A DNA stretch of 64,000 nucleotides from an uncultured Actinomycetota bacterium. GTDB taxonomy: Bacteria; Actinomycetota; Actinomycetes; JAHEKZ01. The DNA is taken from contig CAVURN010000003.1 of NCBI GenBank assembly GCA_963743915.1, forward strand, positions 512,001-576,000, in the 5' to 3' direction. Below the pieces are notes generated by a model, which saw only the letters and a program-made list of their open reading frames with translations, had not been told where the DNA came from and ran no database searches. Positions 53,584 through 64,000 of this stretch are shown here, in pieces (position 1 is the stretch's first letter; each line of letters opens with the position of its first letter). Position numbers and translations under genes: made by a program.

Positions 53584-54570
53584 CTACAGACCAGCCGCGG
53601 ACTTGGCGTCGGCCAGCTCGGACTCCAGCGTGCTCTTCTGGTCGTCGCTCAGCGGGATGTACTGGGCGGCCTCGGCGATCGCGTCGTCGTTCTCGACGTA
53701 GTAGTCGAGGAACGCCACGAAGGCCTCGTTGTCGCTCAGGCTGGCGATCGCCGGGTAGATGAAGAGCGGGCGACCCAGCGGGGTGTACGACCCGTCCTGC
53801 ACCGTCTCGGCGCTCGGTGCCACACAGCCGGAGCCGCTGTCGATCTCGACGGCCTTCAGCGTGTCGGCGTTCTCCTCGTAGTAGGTGTAGCCGAGGTAGC
53901 CCAGGCCACCCTCGCCGCCGGCCACACCCTGGACGATGATGTTGTCGTCCTCGCTCGGGGTGTAGTCGGCACGGCTGGCGCCCTCTTCACCGTTGATCTC
54001 GTCGGTGAAGTAGTCGAAGGTGCCCGAGTCGGTGCCGGGGCCGTACAGGTCGAGGTCCACGTCAGGGAACGACGGGTCGACCTGGTTCCAGTTGGTGATC
54101 TTCTTCTCGGCCTTCGGCTCCCAGATCAGCTTCAGCTGGTCGGTGGTGAGGCAGGTGGCCCAGTCGTTGCTGGTCGGCACGATGACCGTCAGCGCGTCGT
54201 TGGCGACGACCATCTCCTGGTACTCGATGCCGTTCTCCTCGCAGATCGGCACCTCGTCCTCGTCGCTGATGGGGCGGGAGGCGTTGCTGAGGTCGGTCTC
54301 ACCGGCGCAGAACTTCTCGAAGCCGCCACCGGTGCCGGACTCACCCACGGTGATCCGGACGTCGGGGTTCTCTTCGTTGAAGAACTCGCTGGCGGCCGCG
54401 GTGAGCGGGCCGACGGTGCTCGAGCCGTCGGCGGTGATCGTGCCGGAGAGGCCGCCGTCCGTACCGCCGCCGTCCTCGTTGTTGTCGCCGCCGCAGGCGG
54501 CCAGGGTCAGGGCGAGGGCCGCGACCGTCGCCGCCGGGGCAGCTGCCCGGCGCAGGGTGGTGCGCTTCAC
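53584..54570 (-). CDS. pstS: Phosphate-binding lipoprotein
   Basis: LAACG, DGSSTV, SGTGGGF, DSGT. Confidence 0.94.
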   Translation of the reverse strand: MKRTTLRRAAAPAATVAALALTLAACGGDNNEDGGGTDGGLSGTITADGSSTVGPLTAAASEFFNEENPDVRITVGESGTGGGFEKFCAGETDLSNASRPISDEDEVPICEENGIEYQEMVVANDALTVIVPTSNDWATCLTTDQLKLIWEPKAEKKITNWNQVDPSFPDVDLDLYGPGTDSGTFDYFTDEINGEEGASRADYTPSEDDNIIVQGVAGGEGGLGYLGYTYYEENADTLKAVEIDSGSGCVAPSAETVQDGSYTPLGRPLFIYPAIASLSDNEAFVAFLDYYVENDDAIAEAAQYIPLSDDQKSTLESELADAKSAAGL

Positions 54571-54645
54571 GTGTAGGACCTTCCAGTCGATGTGAACTGT
54601 CGCGGCGACGCTAGGGATGCGCGGTGACCGGTTGCGGACGTCTCG

Positions 54646-54747
54646 GTGAACGGGTCGTGGCCCACCGGTGCCGAGTCTGGAAAAGGTCGGTGGACGGGCT
54701 GCGGCCGTCAGGTGAACGGAAGGTGAATTCAGGCTTCCCGGGTGAAC
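54646..54747 (-). promoter_or_regulatory. PHO boxes upstream of pstS
   Basis: Minus strand ATTCACCTTCCGTTCACC (54728-54711), plus GTTCACC near 54747 and 54652. Confidence 0.75.
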
Positions 54748-54796
54748 CGCTGGGCCGTGGACACCTCAGACCGCGTCGGGGAGCATCAACCAGGTG

Positions 54797-55699
54797 ATGC
54801 GAGAGACCGTGTCGACCGAAGGGCTCCCCAGCGATTCTCTCCTGTGCCTCCCTGACACTGGACGGCTGTTCGTGGGGGGATTGTCGCCCTGCACGGCTCG
54901 TCGCTGCCCCAGCGCGACCAGCCAATCTTCCATCACCTGGCGCAGACACTGACGCCGCTCGGCTACGTCGTCATCGACGTTCGACCGACGATCGGCGGCC
55001 GAGGCGAAGACACGCCGTTGGACGTCCAAGCGCGCGACGCACGACAAGCGGTGCGCGACTTGAAGGATCGGATCAATGCACCCGTGGGGCTCTTCGGGTT
55101 CAGCCAAGGGGCGTGGTCGGCGGCTCTGGCCGCGTCCGAGGACGACACGCGTGGCCTTCTTGGTGCTGGTCGGGTGTTCTGGCGTGAGTCCTGCCGACCA
55201 GATGAGGTTCTACGGTGACGAGCTGCTGCGCCGCGGCGGATTACGACTCGACTGCTCGGGCTGCCCAGCTGCGGCTACGCATCGCGATTGAGGACTGCTC
55301 TTCGCGGCACGGGAACCAGGGAGGAAGCACAGGCCCTCCTGGAGGAGTCACGCGACGAATCGTGGTTCCGCGTGGCTTTCGAGAGTGCGGACCTGCCCTC
55401 GTCCTGAGGATCGATGGCACGACATGGACTACGACCCGGCGCCATCGTTCACCCGCGTGACCGTCCCGACGCTGCTGCTGTACGGCGCGGACGAGGAGTG
55501 TGTGCCGGCCGAAGCCAGCAAAGAGATCTGGTCACGCGCGTCGCAGGCGTCGGGGAACCGAGACATCACGATGCTGGACATTCAGGACTGCGGGCACTTC
55601 CCGGCGGCAGGCGAAAGTGCCGCATCCCTGGAGGTTCCCGCTGTCGGCCTTCAGCCCCGCCTACACGGCGGCGCTGCACACGTGGTTCGAGGTCCTTGA
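54797..55699 (+). pseudogene. Alpha/beta hydrolase, heavily frameshifted (pseudogene or low-quality consensus)
   Basis: GFSQGAW, GVSPADQM, PTLLLYGADEECVP, GHFP in at least four reading segments. Confidence 0.6.
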
Positions 55700-55744
55700 C
55701 GTGTCGGCGAAGACGCGACTCGCAGACCGCCTCTGTCACCGGCG

Positions 55745-56683
55745 TCAGCGGGTGTGGAGCTCGAGGGCGAGGGCCTGCAGCCGCTCACCAGCACCGGCCG
55801 CGCCGGGGTCGGCGTGGACGTGCAGCACGATCAGGGACGCCGTGGGCACGGTGTCCGGCAGCGGCAGGTCCCACGGGTCGGCGGTGGGGGACGCCGGACA
55901 GAGGCCGACCAGGTGGTCGACGAGGGCGGGCAGGTACGGACGGTGGCCGCACAGAGCCGTGGGCTCATCGCTGCGGGCCGCGTCGGCCAGCAGTTCGGCG
56001 GCCCGCTCCAGGGCGGCCTCCGGGGCTTCGTCGAAGCCCGCCTCGGTCAGCGCCGGCTCGGCGGCCAGTGGCACTCCCGCCGTCAGCGAGTAGGGCCGGA
56101 CGGTGTCGGAGCAACGGCGAGCAGCCGAGGAGTGCAGCCGGGTGACGCCGTACGCGGCGAGCGCGCGGACGAGCACCTCGGCCTGCTCGACCCCGGCAGC
56201 GTCGAGGGGTCGGTCGACGTCCTGCCCGGTCCAGTCCGAGCGCTTGACGGCGTGCCCGTGCCGCAGGAGGACGAACGGGGTGCCGGCCGGCTCTGAGGCC
56301 AGCTTCACCAGGGACGCGTCGTCGACGTGCGTCACCAGGGCGGCGGCATCGTCGACGCTGAGCCAGCGGATCTCGTCCACCTCGTCGTGCGGGGTGAACG
56401 TTCCTTCGGCCAGCACCTCGGCACGCCAGTAGTGGACGACCTTGCGCTCGCCGTCCACGAGGTACCGACGCTCGGGCAGCGGCCGGCGCAGGGCGACGTG
56501 GCAGCCGGTCTCCTCCAGCACCTCGCGGACCGCGGTGCACGTGATGTGCTCCCCGGCGTCCACCTTGCCCTTGGGCAGCGACCAGTCGTCGTACCGCGGT
56601 CGGTGGACGAGCAGCACCTCGAGGCCGCGCGACCCCTGCCGGGTGACCAGGCATCCGGCGGCGACGATCGGGTCGCGGCTCAC
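55745..56683 (-). CDS. NUDIX hydrolase with histidine-phosphatase domain (MutT1-like)
   Basis: HRPRYDDWSLPKGK, REVLEETG, LRHG. Confidence 0.9.
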   Translation of the reverse strand: MSRDPIVAAGCLVTRQGSRGLEVLLVHRPRYDDWSLPKGKVDAGEHITCTAVREVLEETGCHVALRRPLPERRYLVDGERKVVHYWRAEVLAEGTFTPHDEVDEIRWLSVDDAAALVTHVDDASLVKLASEPAGTPFVLLRHGHAVKRSDWTGQDVDRPLDAAGVEQAEVLVRALAAYGVTRLHSSAARRCSDTVRPYSLTAGVPLAAEPALTEAGFDEAPEAALERAAELLADAARSDEPTALCGHRPYLPALVDHLVGLCPASPTADPWDLPLPDTVPTASLIVLHVHADPGAAGAGERLQALALELHTR

Positions 56684-58256
56684 GACTTGGCCGCCATCCA
56701 GGTGCGCCACTCGGGGGCTGAGATCCGCGGCCAGGCCTCGACGAACTCGTGGCGCAGCGCCGCCACCTCGGCGCGCTGCTGGGCGTAGAGCACTCCGAGC
56801 GCGAACGGTGCACGCGCCCCGCGCGTCGTCAGCGCCAGCTGACGGGCCAGCTCGGCGGCGATCGCGGCGTCCTGGTGCTGCCCGAGCATCTCGGTCACCT
56901 GCTCGAGCTGCCGGGCCAGCTTCTTCGCCGGGCCGCCGAAGACCGGCACACACGCCTCGACGGTGTAGCGCGCGCGCTTGGCGGTGATGCGGGTGCGGTG
57001 CCAGTGGTCGTCGTGGCCCTCGAGCTCGTCGTGCAGACGCCGGGCCTGCTTCTCGAGGCGTCGCCAGGCGCGGTCGGCGAGCGGTGGCAGCACGGCGGAC
57101 GCCTTGGGCTCGGCCAGTGCGGTGACGGGCGTGTCCTCGACCGCGTCGTGGAGGGCGTCGACCAGGGTGAGGTAGCGGTCGGAGGCCATCGCCTCGTCGA
57201 TGCCTGCCTGCGCCTCGACCAGCTCGGCGTCGAGGTGACGTCGAACCGCGACGAGTGCCGCGGCGCCGTCGACGTCCGAGGGCAACATCCGAAGCGCGTC
57301 GGTGAGCCGCTCCTCGAGCACCTCGCGGTCGCGTGCCTGCGACAGCACGGAGGCGATCCAGCCGAGCTCCGCGCGCAGCGAGCGCGCCCACACCTCGTCG
57401 ACCAGCGGCTCGAACGCCTGCAGCACGCTGCGCAGGCGGCGGGCGGCGACCCGGTACTGGTGCACGGCGTCGGGACGGCCGCGACGGACGCGGAGGTCCT
57501 GAGTGATGATCGCGTCGACCTGGGTGCGCACGTGGTGGCGCACGGCGTCCGCGGCGGGCTGCTTGGGGCGCGGTCGCGCGCCGATCTCGACGAGCGGGGG
57601 CAGCGTGGTGTCGCCGACCATCGCTCGCACCCCCTTGCTCACCGCCGCGGACGGAGCGGCGCCGGCGGTGACGAGTGCGTCGACCGCGACCGCGAGCAGG
57701 GCCGGGGCGGACTTGACCTCGACCTCGAGCTCTCGGTACCGCAGCGCCGGTCTGCGGCCCACCGACCACGCTCACCTCGTCGTCGACGACCTCGACGCCC
57801 ACGCTGCCGTCGTCCGCCATCACCCACCAGGGGATGCGGCGGGTCTGCTGCGTCGCCTGCACCTCGAGCGGGGAGCTGCCGGTGACGCCGTACACGAGGG
57901 TCGCCAGCGCCGAGGGGACGCGGCCCGGCCCTCCGGCCGACAGCGGGAGCTGGATCTCCTCGCGCGCGTCCGGGTCGAGAGGGTCCGGGGGCAGCTTCAG
58001 GTGCCAGCCGGAGTCACCCACCGGTGCGCCGCCGCAGGGTGATCCGGGCGCGGGCGAGCCGGTGGTCAGCGGTGTCGTAGTAGACCGCGGTGAGCTTCAG
58101 GGCGCGCTGGCGCACCACAGGGCCGACGTGCTGGAGCGCCGCGACGATCTCGGCGTCTCCGAACGACTGCGGCACGGTGAGCTTGCGCTCGACCTCGGAC
58201 GTGACGTCCGGCGTCCCGTCCGGGAGGTCAACCTGCTGCTGTGACACGGCCTGCAC
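56680..58256 (-). CDS. CYTH + CHAD domain protein (polyphosphate-associated); frameshifted
   Basis: EVERK, YYDT.D.RL, ELEVE; VHQYRVAARRLRS, HRTRI..KRARY. Confidence 0.88.
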
Positions 58257-58262
58257 CTGGCG

Positions 58263-60363
58263 CTACCGGAGCGGGACGCGTCGGGACTGGCGTTTGCGCG
58301 CGATGAGCTCGGCCTGCAGGTCACCCAGCGGCTCACCGTCGGCGTCGCGGCTGACCTGCTGCCAGCTGCCGTCGGCGTGCAGGTGCCACGACGCGATGTT
58401 CTCGTCGAACGACAGGTCGAGCAGGGCACCGAGCTCGGTGACGTGGTGCGCGCCGGTGATGCTGACGAGCGCCTCGACGCGGCGGTCCAGGTTGCGGTGC
58501 ATGAGGTCGGCGCTGCCGATCCACACGCTCGGCTCGCCGTCGTTCTCGAACCAGTAGATGCGCGAGTGCTCGAGGAAGCGCCCGAGGATGCTGCGCACCC
58601 GGATGTTCTCCGACAGTCCGGGCACGCCGGCCCGGATGGCGCAGATGCCGCGCACGAGGACGTCCACCGGGACGCCTGCCTGCGAGGCGCGGTAGAGCGC
58701 GTCGATGATCCGCTCGTCGACGATCGAGTTCACCTTGAAGCGGATCGCTGCCTTGCGCCCGGAGCGTTGGTTCTCGATCTCGCGCTCGATGCGCTCGACG
58801 AGTCCGGAGCGCACCGAGTGCGGCGCCACCATCAGGCGCTGGTAGTCGGTGGTCAGTGAGTACCCGGTCAGCACGTTGAAGAGCTTGCTGACGTCGTCAC
58901 CGACGGCGGCGTCCGACGTCAGCAGGCCGAGGTCCTCGTACAGGCGAGCGGTCTTGGGGTGGTAGTTGCCGGTGCCGATGTGCGTGTACCGGCGCAGGAC
59001 GCCGTCCTCGTCCTGCCGCACCACCATCGACAGCTTGCTGTGTGTCTTCAGCCCGACGACGCCGTACACCACGTGGCAGCCCGCCTGCTCCAGCTTGCGG
59101 GCCCACTGGATGTTCGCCTCCTCGTCGAAGCGCGCCTTGATCTCGACGAGCACGAGCACCTGCTTGCCGGCCTCGGCTGCCTGGATGAGCGCGTGGACGA
59201 TCGGCGAGTCACCGCTGGTGCGGTAGAGCGTCTGCTTGATGGCCAGGACGTTGGGATCCTCGGCCGCCTCCTCGAGGAACGCCTGCACGCTGGTCGAGAA
59301 CGAGTCGTACGGGTGGTGCAGCAGGACGTCGCGGTGGCGCATGACCTCGAGCACCTCAGGTGCCTGGCTCGTCTCGACCTCGCTCAGCTCGGTGGACGTC
59401 ATGGGCACGAAGGGCGGGTACTGCAGGTCGGGTCGGTCGAGCGCGGCGATGCCGAAGAGCCCGGTGAGGTCGAGCGGCCACGGGACGGTGACCACCTCTT
59501 CGCGGGCGATGTCGAGCTCTTCGACGAGCAGCTCGAGCACGTGCGGGTCGATGGTCTCCTCGACCTCGAGCCGCACCGGCGAGCCGAAGCGCCGGCGGGA
59601 GAGCTCGCGCTCGAGCGCCTTCAGCAGGTTCTCCGACTCGTCCTCCTCGACCTCGACGTCCTCGTTGCGGGTGACGCGGAAGGTGTGGCGCTGGAGGATC
59701 TCCATGCCGGGGAACAGACGATCGAGGTGCGCGGCGATGACGTCCTCGAGCGGGACGAACCGGTCGCCCTCGAGCGGGACGAAGCGCGGCAGCGTCGGTG
59801 GCACCTTGACCCTGGCGAAGTGCTCCTGCCCCGTCGCCGGGTTGCGCACCACGACGGCGAGGTTGAGCGACAGGCCGGAGATGTACGGGAACGGGTGGGC
59901 AGGGTCGACGGCCAGCGGCGTCAGGACGGCAAAGATCTGCTCGTCGAACCACCCCGTCATGGCCTTCTGCTCGTCGACGTCGAGGTCGCGCCAGCGCAGG
60001 ATCTCGATGCCGGCCTCGCTCAGCTCGGGAGAGAGGCTGCGGTAGGCCTGCGCGTGCTGCGTCATGAGCTCGCGGGTCCGCTCGTGGACCCGCTTCATCA
60101 GCTCGCGCGGCGTGAGCCCGCTGGCCGCTCGCACCGCGATGCCCGCCGCCATGCGGCGCTTCAGGCCGGCCACCCGGACCATGTAGAACTCGTCGAGGTT
60201 GCTGGCGAAGATCGCCAGGAACTTGGCGCGCTCCAGCGTGCGGGACGGTCGTGTCCTCGGCGAGCTCGAGCACGCGCTGGTTGAAGGCGAGCCACGACAG
60301 CTCCCGGTCGGAGAACCGGTCGGCAGGCAGCGGCTCGTCAGGCGCGGCAACGGCCTCGCTCAC
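58263..60363 (-). CDS. ppk1: Polyphosphate kinase 1; frameshift near 60245
   Basis: [40 protein letters not shown]. Confidence 0.96.
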
Positions 60364-60472
60364 AGAGGACCCCTCTCATCAGGTGCCTCCATGGTGACAG
60401 CAGCGGGGGCATCGGTCATCCGGACCAAGGTCCCCATCACCCGTCCGGTGGTGACGGCGCGGTGCGCCCGGC

Positions 60473-61465
60473 TCAGGCGGGGGACCGGAACTGGACGTCG
60501 GAGTCCCAGTGGGTGAACCCGAGCCGCTCGTAGGCGGTGATGGCCCGCCGGTTGTCCGCGTCCACGTACAGCATCACCTCGAGCAGGCCCCTGCTGCGCA
60601 GGTGGTGCAGGCCGGTGAGGATCAGGGCACGCCCGAGCCCGGTCCCCTGCTCGGAGGGGTGGACGCCGACCACGTACACCTCGCCGATCAGCTCGTGTCC
60701 GTGGTGGTGGGGCTCGGTGCCGTCGGCGTGGCTGTGCCCGTGCTCGTGGTCGCCCCCGTGGACCTTCGTCCAGTGGTAGCCCACGAGGCTCCCGTCGCGC
60801 TCGGCCAGGAAGAACCCGGCGCGGTCGAACCAGGGTTCGGCCATCCGCCGGTGCAGGTCCTCGCGCGTCAGCGACCCCTGCTCCGGGTGGTCGGCGAACA
60901 CCAGCGCGTTGAGGGCGACCCACGCGTCGTCGTCAGCGCCCGGGACGAAGGTGCGCAGGCTGACGCCGGGGGGCACCTTCGGTGTGGGCAGCGGCGCCGA
61001 GAGCGAGCGGCGCAGCTGCAGCAGCTCCCGCACCTTGCGGAATCCCAGGCTCTTCGCGAGACCGACCGCCGAAGGGTTCTCGCCGTGGGCCCACAGGCGC
61101 AGCCGTCCGTCCGGTGTCTCGGTGCGGGCGGTGGCGACGAGTCGCCGCCCCACACCGCGTCGCCGCCACGAGGGGTCGACGACGACCTCGGCGCTCGACC
61201 CCGCCACCGTGTCCGTGACATCGAGGTGCGCGTAGCCGGCCAGCTGCGGATGATCGCCGCGCGCCGGACCGTGGACGAGGATGTGCCGGATGCCGACGTC
61301 GCCGCCGTGGCGCAGGTGCAGCGTCGAGTGCTCCGACAGCGGCCGGACGCCGTCGGCCTCGGTGGCCCGCTCGGCGAGCAGGGCGACGGCTGCGGTCTCG
61401 TCTGCGTCGAGCCGGGTGAGCACCTCGACGAAGAAGCCGTCAGGCTCGCTGCTCTCGGCGCTCAT
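60473..61465 (-). CDS. mshD: Mycothiol synthase
   Basis: Tandem GNAT domains, [19 protein letters not shown]. Confidence 0.93.
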   Translation of the reverse strand: MSAESSEPDGFFVEVLTRLDADETAAVALLAERATEADGVRPLSEHSTLHLRHGGDVGIRHILVHGPARGDHPQLAGYAHLDVTDTVAGSSAEVVVDPSWRRRGVGRRLVATARTETPDGRLRLWAHGENPSAVGLAKSLGFRKVRELLQLRRSLSAPLPTPKVPPGVSLRTFVPGADDDAWVALNALVFADHPEQGSLTREDLHRRMAEPWFDRAGFFLAERDGSLVGYHWTKVHGGDHEHGHSHADGTEPHHHGHELIGEVYVVGVHPSEQGTGLGRALILTGLHHLRSRGLLEVMLYVDADNRRAITAYERLGFTHWDSDVQFRSPA

Positions 61466-61493
61466 GCGTGCAGCCTAGGCCGCGGCGTCCGCC

Positions 61494-62169
61494 TCAGGAC
61501 GACGCGCTGACGAAGCGGTAGCCGACGTTGCGGACGGTGCCGATCAGCTGCTCGTACTCGCCGCCGAGCTTGGCGCGCAGGCGTCGCACGTGGACGTCGA
61601 CCGTGCGCGTGCCGCCGAAGTAGTCGTAGCCCCAGACCTCCTGCAGCAGCTGTGCCCCGCGTGAACACCCGTCCCGGGTGCTGGGCCAGGAACTTCAGCA
61701 GCTCGAACTCCTTGTAGGTCAGGTCGAGCACGTTGCCGCGGAGCTTGGCGGTGTACGTCGCCTCGTCGATCACGAGGTCGCCGTTGCTGATCAGCGGCTG
61801 GTCACCGTCGTTCGTGGCTGCGAGCCGCTCAGTGGCGAGGCGCAGCCGCGCGTCCACCTCGGCCGGGCCCGCGGTGGCGAGCACCACGTCGTCGACGCCC
61901 CACTCGGCGGTGACGGCGGTGAGTCCGCCCTCGGTGGTGACCAGGATCAGCGGCACGGTGACGCCGGTGGTGCGGATCAGCCGGCAGAGCGAGCGGACCC
62001 GTGGCAGGTCGCCGCGTCCGTCCACGAGCAGGGCGTCGGCCGGTCCGGAGTCGAGCAGCGCGGCGGCCTCGGCCGGCAGCACGCGCACCTGGTGGGGAAG
62101 CAGCTCGAGGGCAGGCAGCACCGACTCGGCGGTGGGACCACCGTGCGTCAGCAGCAGCAGCCGTGCCAC
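61494..62169 (-). CDS. glnR: GlnR-type OmpR response regulator; frameshift near 61655
   Basis: Atypical receiver, [24 protein letters not shown]; adjacent to mshD. Confidence 0.82.
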
Positions 62170-62230
62170 GCGTCCTCCTCGCTGTCGCCCCCCTGAGGCT
62201 ATCGACCCGTGGGGGACGCGGGTGAACGCG

Positions 62231-63067
62231 TCAGGCGCTCACCTTGGCCGGAGCCGCTGCCGCCACCGGACGCCGGATGCTGCGGAGGAAGAGGTACATC
62301 GTCGGCACCAGGTAGGCGAACCAGGCGACGACCTCGAGCCAGCTGGGCACCGTCCGGACCGCGAAGAGGCCGCGGAAGAGGGCGTACTGCACCGAGTCGG
62401 TGGGGAACGCGCCGCTGATGTCGAACGCGATGGAGTCCTCACCGAAGAGCAGGCCGGCCTCCTGCAGCTCGTGGATGCCGTAGGTGAAGACGCCGGCCGC
62501 GATGATGATCAGGGCGAAGCCGGTCCACTTGAAGAAGGTGCCGAGGTTGACGCGGAGCGCTCCTCGGTAGATGAGGAGTCCGAGGGCGACCGCCACCACG
62601 AGGCCGAGCAGGCCGCCGAGGATGGCCAGCCAGCCACCACCGGTGGTCTGCAGCGACGACCAGAGGAAGAGCGCGGTCTCGAACCCCTCGCGGGAGACGG
62701 CGATGAAGGCCATGGCCGCGACGGCGCCCGCGCCGGCCGCGGTCGCCTTGTCGAGGTGGGCGTGCAGCTCGCCCTTGAGCGCGCGGGCGTTGCGGGCCAT
62801 CCAGAAGACCATCCAGGTCACGAAGGCCACGGCCAGCAGCGCCATCACGCCCTCGAACGCGGCCTGCGCCGCCTCGGGAAGCCGGTCCGCGGCCAACGCG
62901 AGGGCGCCACCGACCGAGAGCGAGAAGACGGCAGCGGCACCGACGCCCGCCCAGACGTAGCGCACCGAGCTGCCGCGGTCGGTCTTGACCAGGTAGGCGA
63001 TGAGGATGCTGACGATCAGCGCGGCCTCGAGGCCCTCGCGAAGCGTGATGAGAAAGGCGGCGAGCAT
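62231..63067 (-). CDS. efeU: FTR1/EfeU iron permease
   Basis: REGLE and REGFE (RExxE) motifs. Confidence 0.88.
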   Translation of the reverse strand: MLAAFLITLREGLEAALIVSILIAYLVKTDRGSSVRYVWAGVGAAAVFSLSVGGALALAADRLPEAAQAAFEGVMALLAVAFVTWMVFWMARNARALKGELHAHLDKATAAGAGAVAAMAFIAVSREGFETALFLWSSLQTTGGGWLAILGGLLGLVVAVALGLLIYRGALRVNLGTFFKWTGFALIIIAAGVFTYGIHELQEAGLLFGEDSIAFDISGAFPTDSVQYALFRGLFAVRTVPSWLEVVAWFAYLVPTMYLFLRSIRRPVAAAAPAKVSA

Positions 63068-63113
63068 GCGGCGGTCCTTCGGGAGGGGCAGCGGGCCGCC
63101 CGTGCTGGTGGAG

Positions 63114-63132
63114 TTAGGTAAACCTTACCTTT
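63114..63132. promoter_or_regulatory. IdeR/DtxR iron box
   Basis: TTAGGTAAACCTTACCTTT vs consensus TTAGGTTAGCCTAACCTAA, upstream of efeU. Confidence 0.75.
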
Positions 63133-63217
63133 GACAGGTCTCCCGTGCCAAGCCCGTCAGGCGTCGGGGAGAATCGGGGGATCGGGGCGGACCGGTCCGA
63201 ACGGGAGGCGGGGATCG

Positions 63218-63502
63218 ATGGCGGTGCTGCGCTACTGGGCCGGTGCCCGGGCTGCGGCGGGTGTCACCGAGGAGCAGGTGGACGCCGCGACGCTGGCGGC
63301 CGCCCTCGACGCGGCCCGGGTCGGCCGGGACGAACGGTTCGCGCGGGTGCTCTCGGTCTGCGCCTTCGTCATCGACGAGCAGCCGGCGGGGCTGACCCCG
63401 CCCGACCAGCTGCCGCTGACCCCTGAGTCAGTGGTCGACGTGCTGCCGCCCTTCGCGGGCGGAGCCCGCGACATCGGGCTGAGCGCAGCCGGAGCCGGCT
63501 AG
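63218..63502 (+). CDS. MoaD/ThiS family sulfur carrier
   Basis: LRYWAGARAAAG, DVLPPFAGG followed by a 12-aa extension. Confidence 0.82.
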   Translation: MAVLRYWAGARAAAGVTEEQVDAATLAAALDAARVGRDERFARVLSVCAFVIDEQPAGLTPPDQLPLTPESVVDVLPPFAGGARDIGLSAAGAG

Positions 63503-63532
63503 CCGGATTCGGCGGTGCGGCATGATCGGCGG

Positions 63533-64000
63533 GTGACCGCCGGACTCCACCTGCCCGACTGGCGCGCTCCTGCTGTCGGTGCCGTGGCGTCAGGGGCGCT
63601 GCTCGTCGGCGGGATCGCGGACCTGCCCTGGCTCTGGATCCCGGTGGTCGGCCTGCAGCTGATCGTCGTCGTCACCTGGCACCGCACCGCTGACGCGCCG
63701 GCAGCCGCCAGCGGTGCGCTGGTCGGTGCCGGACTCGCCGCGATCGTCGACGTCGTGGTCGCGACCACCGAGGACGCGCCCAGCCTCGGTCCGGTGGCGG
63801 TGGTGCTGGGCGCCGGCTACCTCATCGCTGTCGCGCAGCAGCTTGTCCGGCGCGACGGCCGGCCCCGGCTCGTCGACTCCATCGCCACCTCGGTCACCCT
63901 CGCCACCCTGGCCGCGTTCGGTGCCGCGTGGGTGGTCCTGGTGCAGCTGCCCGACGGGCCGGACATCGTCGTGGTGCTGGCCGGCGCGTCCGCCGCCGCC
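63533..64000 (+). CDS. Hypothetical membrane protein, 3'-truncated by window edge
   Basis: Open hydrophobic frame from GTG 63533 to window end. Confidence 0.6.
   Translation, partial: MTAGLHLPDWRAPAVGAVASGALLVGGIADLPWLWIPVVGLQLIVVVTWHRTADAPAAASGALVGAGLAAIVDVVVATTEDAPSLGPVAVVLGAGYLIAVAQQLVRRDGRPRLVDSIATSVTLATLAAFGAAWVVLVQLPDGPDIVVVLAGASAAA

Noticed and set aside
55745-58021. 758-aa CYTH-NUDIX fusion ORF
   Set aside because: The middle part is off-frame Arg/Pro-rich text; CHAD and MutT1 are separate genes with a GTGA overlap at 56680-56683.
2994-62169. Widespread frameshifts as mass pseudogenisation or programmed frameshifting
   Set aside because: They hit conserved core genes (purF, ppk1, glnR) as isolated indels with no in-frame stops or slippery motifs, as expected from long-read consensus errors.

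Overview
High-GC actinobacterial chromosome segment of mostly core genes: purF-purM, DUF3073, Leu/Val dehydrogenase, bldC, tRNA-Glu/Asp/Phe, pstSCAB, mutT1-CYTH/CHAD-ppk1, mshD-glnR, efeU and moaD. About 20 genes, including conserved core genes, carry single-base indels, which points to an error-prone long-read consensus rather than real pseudogenes. The non-coding sequence is rich. It holds a c-di-AMP riboswitch (NlpC/P60), a yybP-ykoY riboswitch (TerC plus a voltage-gated-type channel), CRP, CsoR, PHO and IdeR boxes, an unassigned multi-hairpin leader on an RpfB-like gene, and small palindromic intergenic elements. The most unusual locus follows tRNA-Lys. It has an array of eight ~22-bp repeats, a dead IS481-like transposase start, a DUF2510/Ltp superinfection-exclusion-like gene, and a second 91-bp copy of the repeat array. 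No CRISPR array, rRNA or intact prophage was seen. All family assignments come from motif recognition by eye; no database searches were run.
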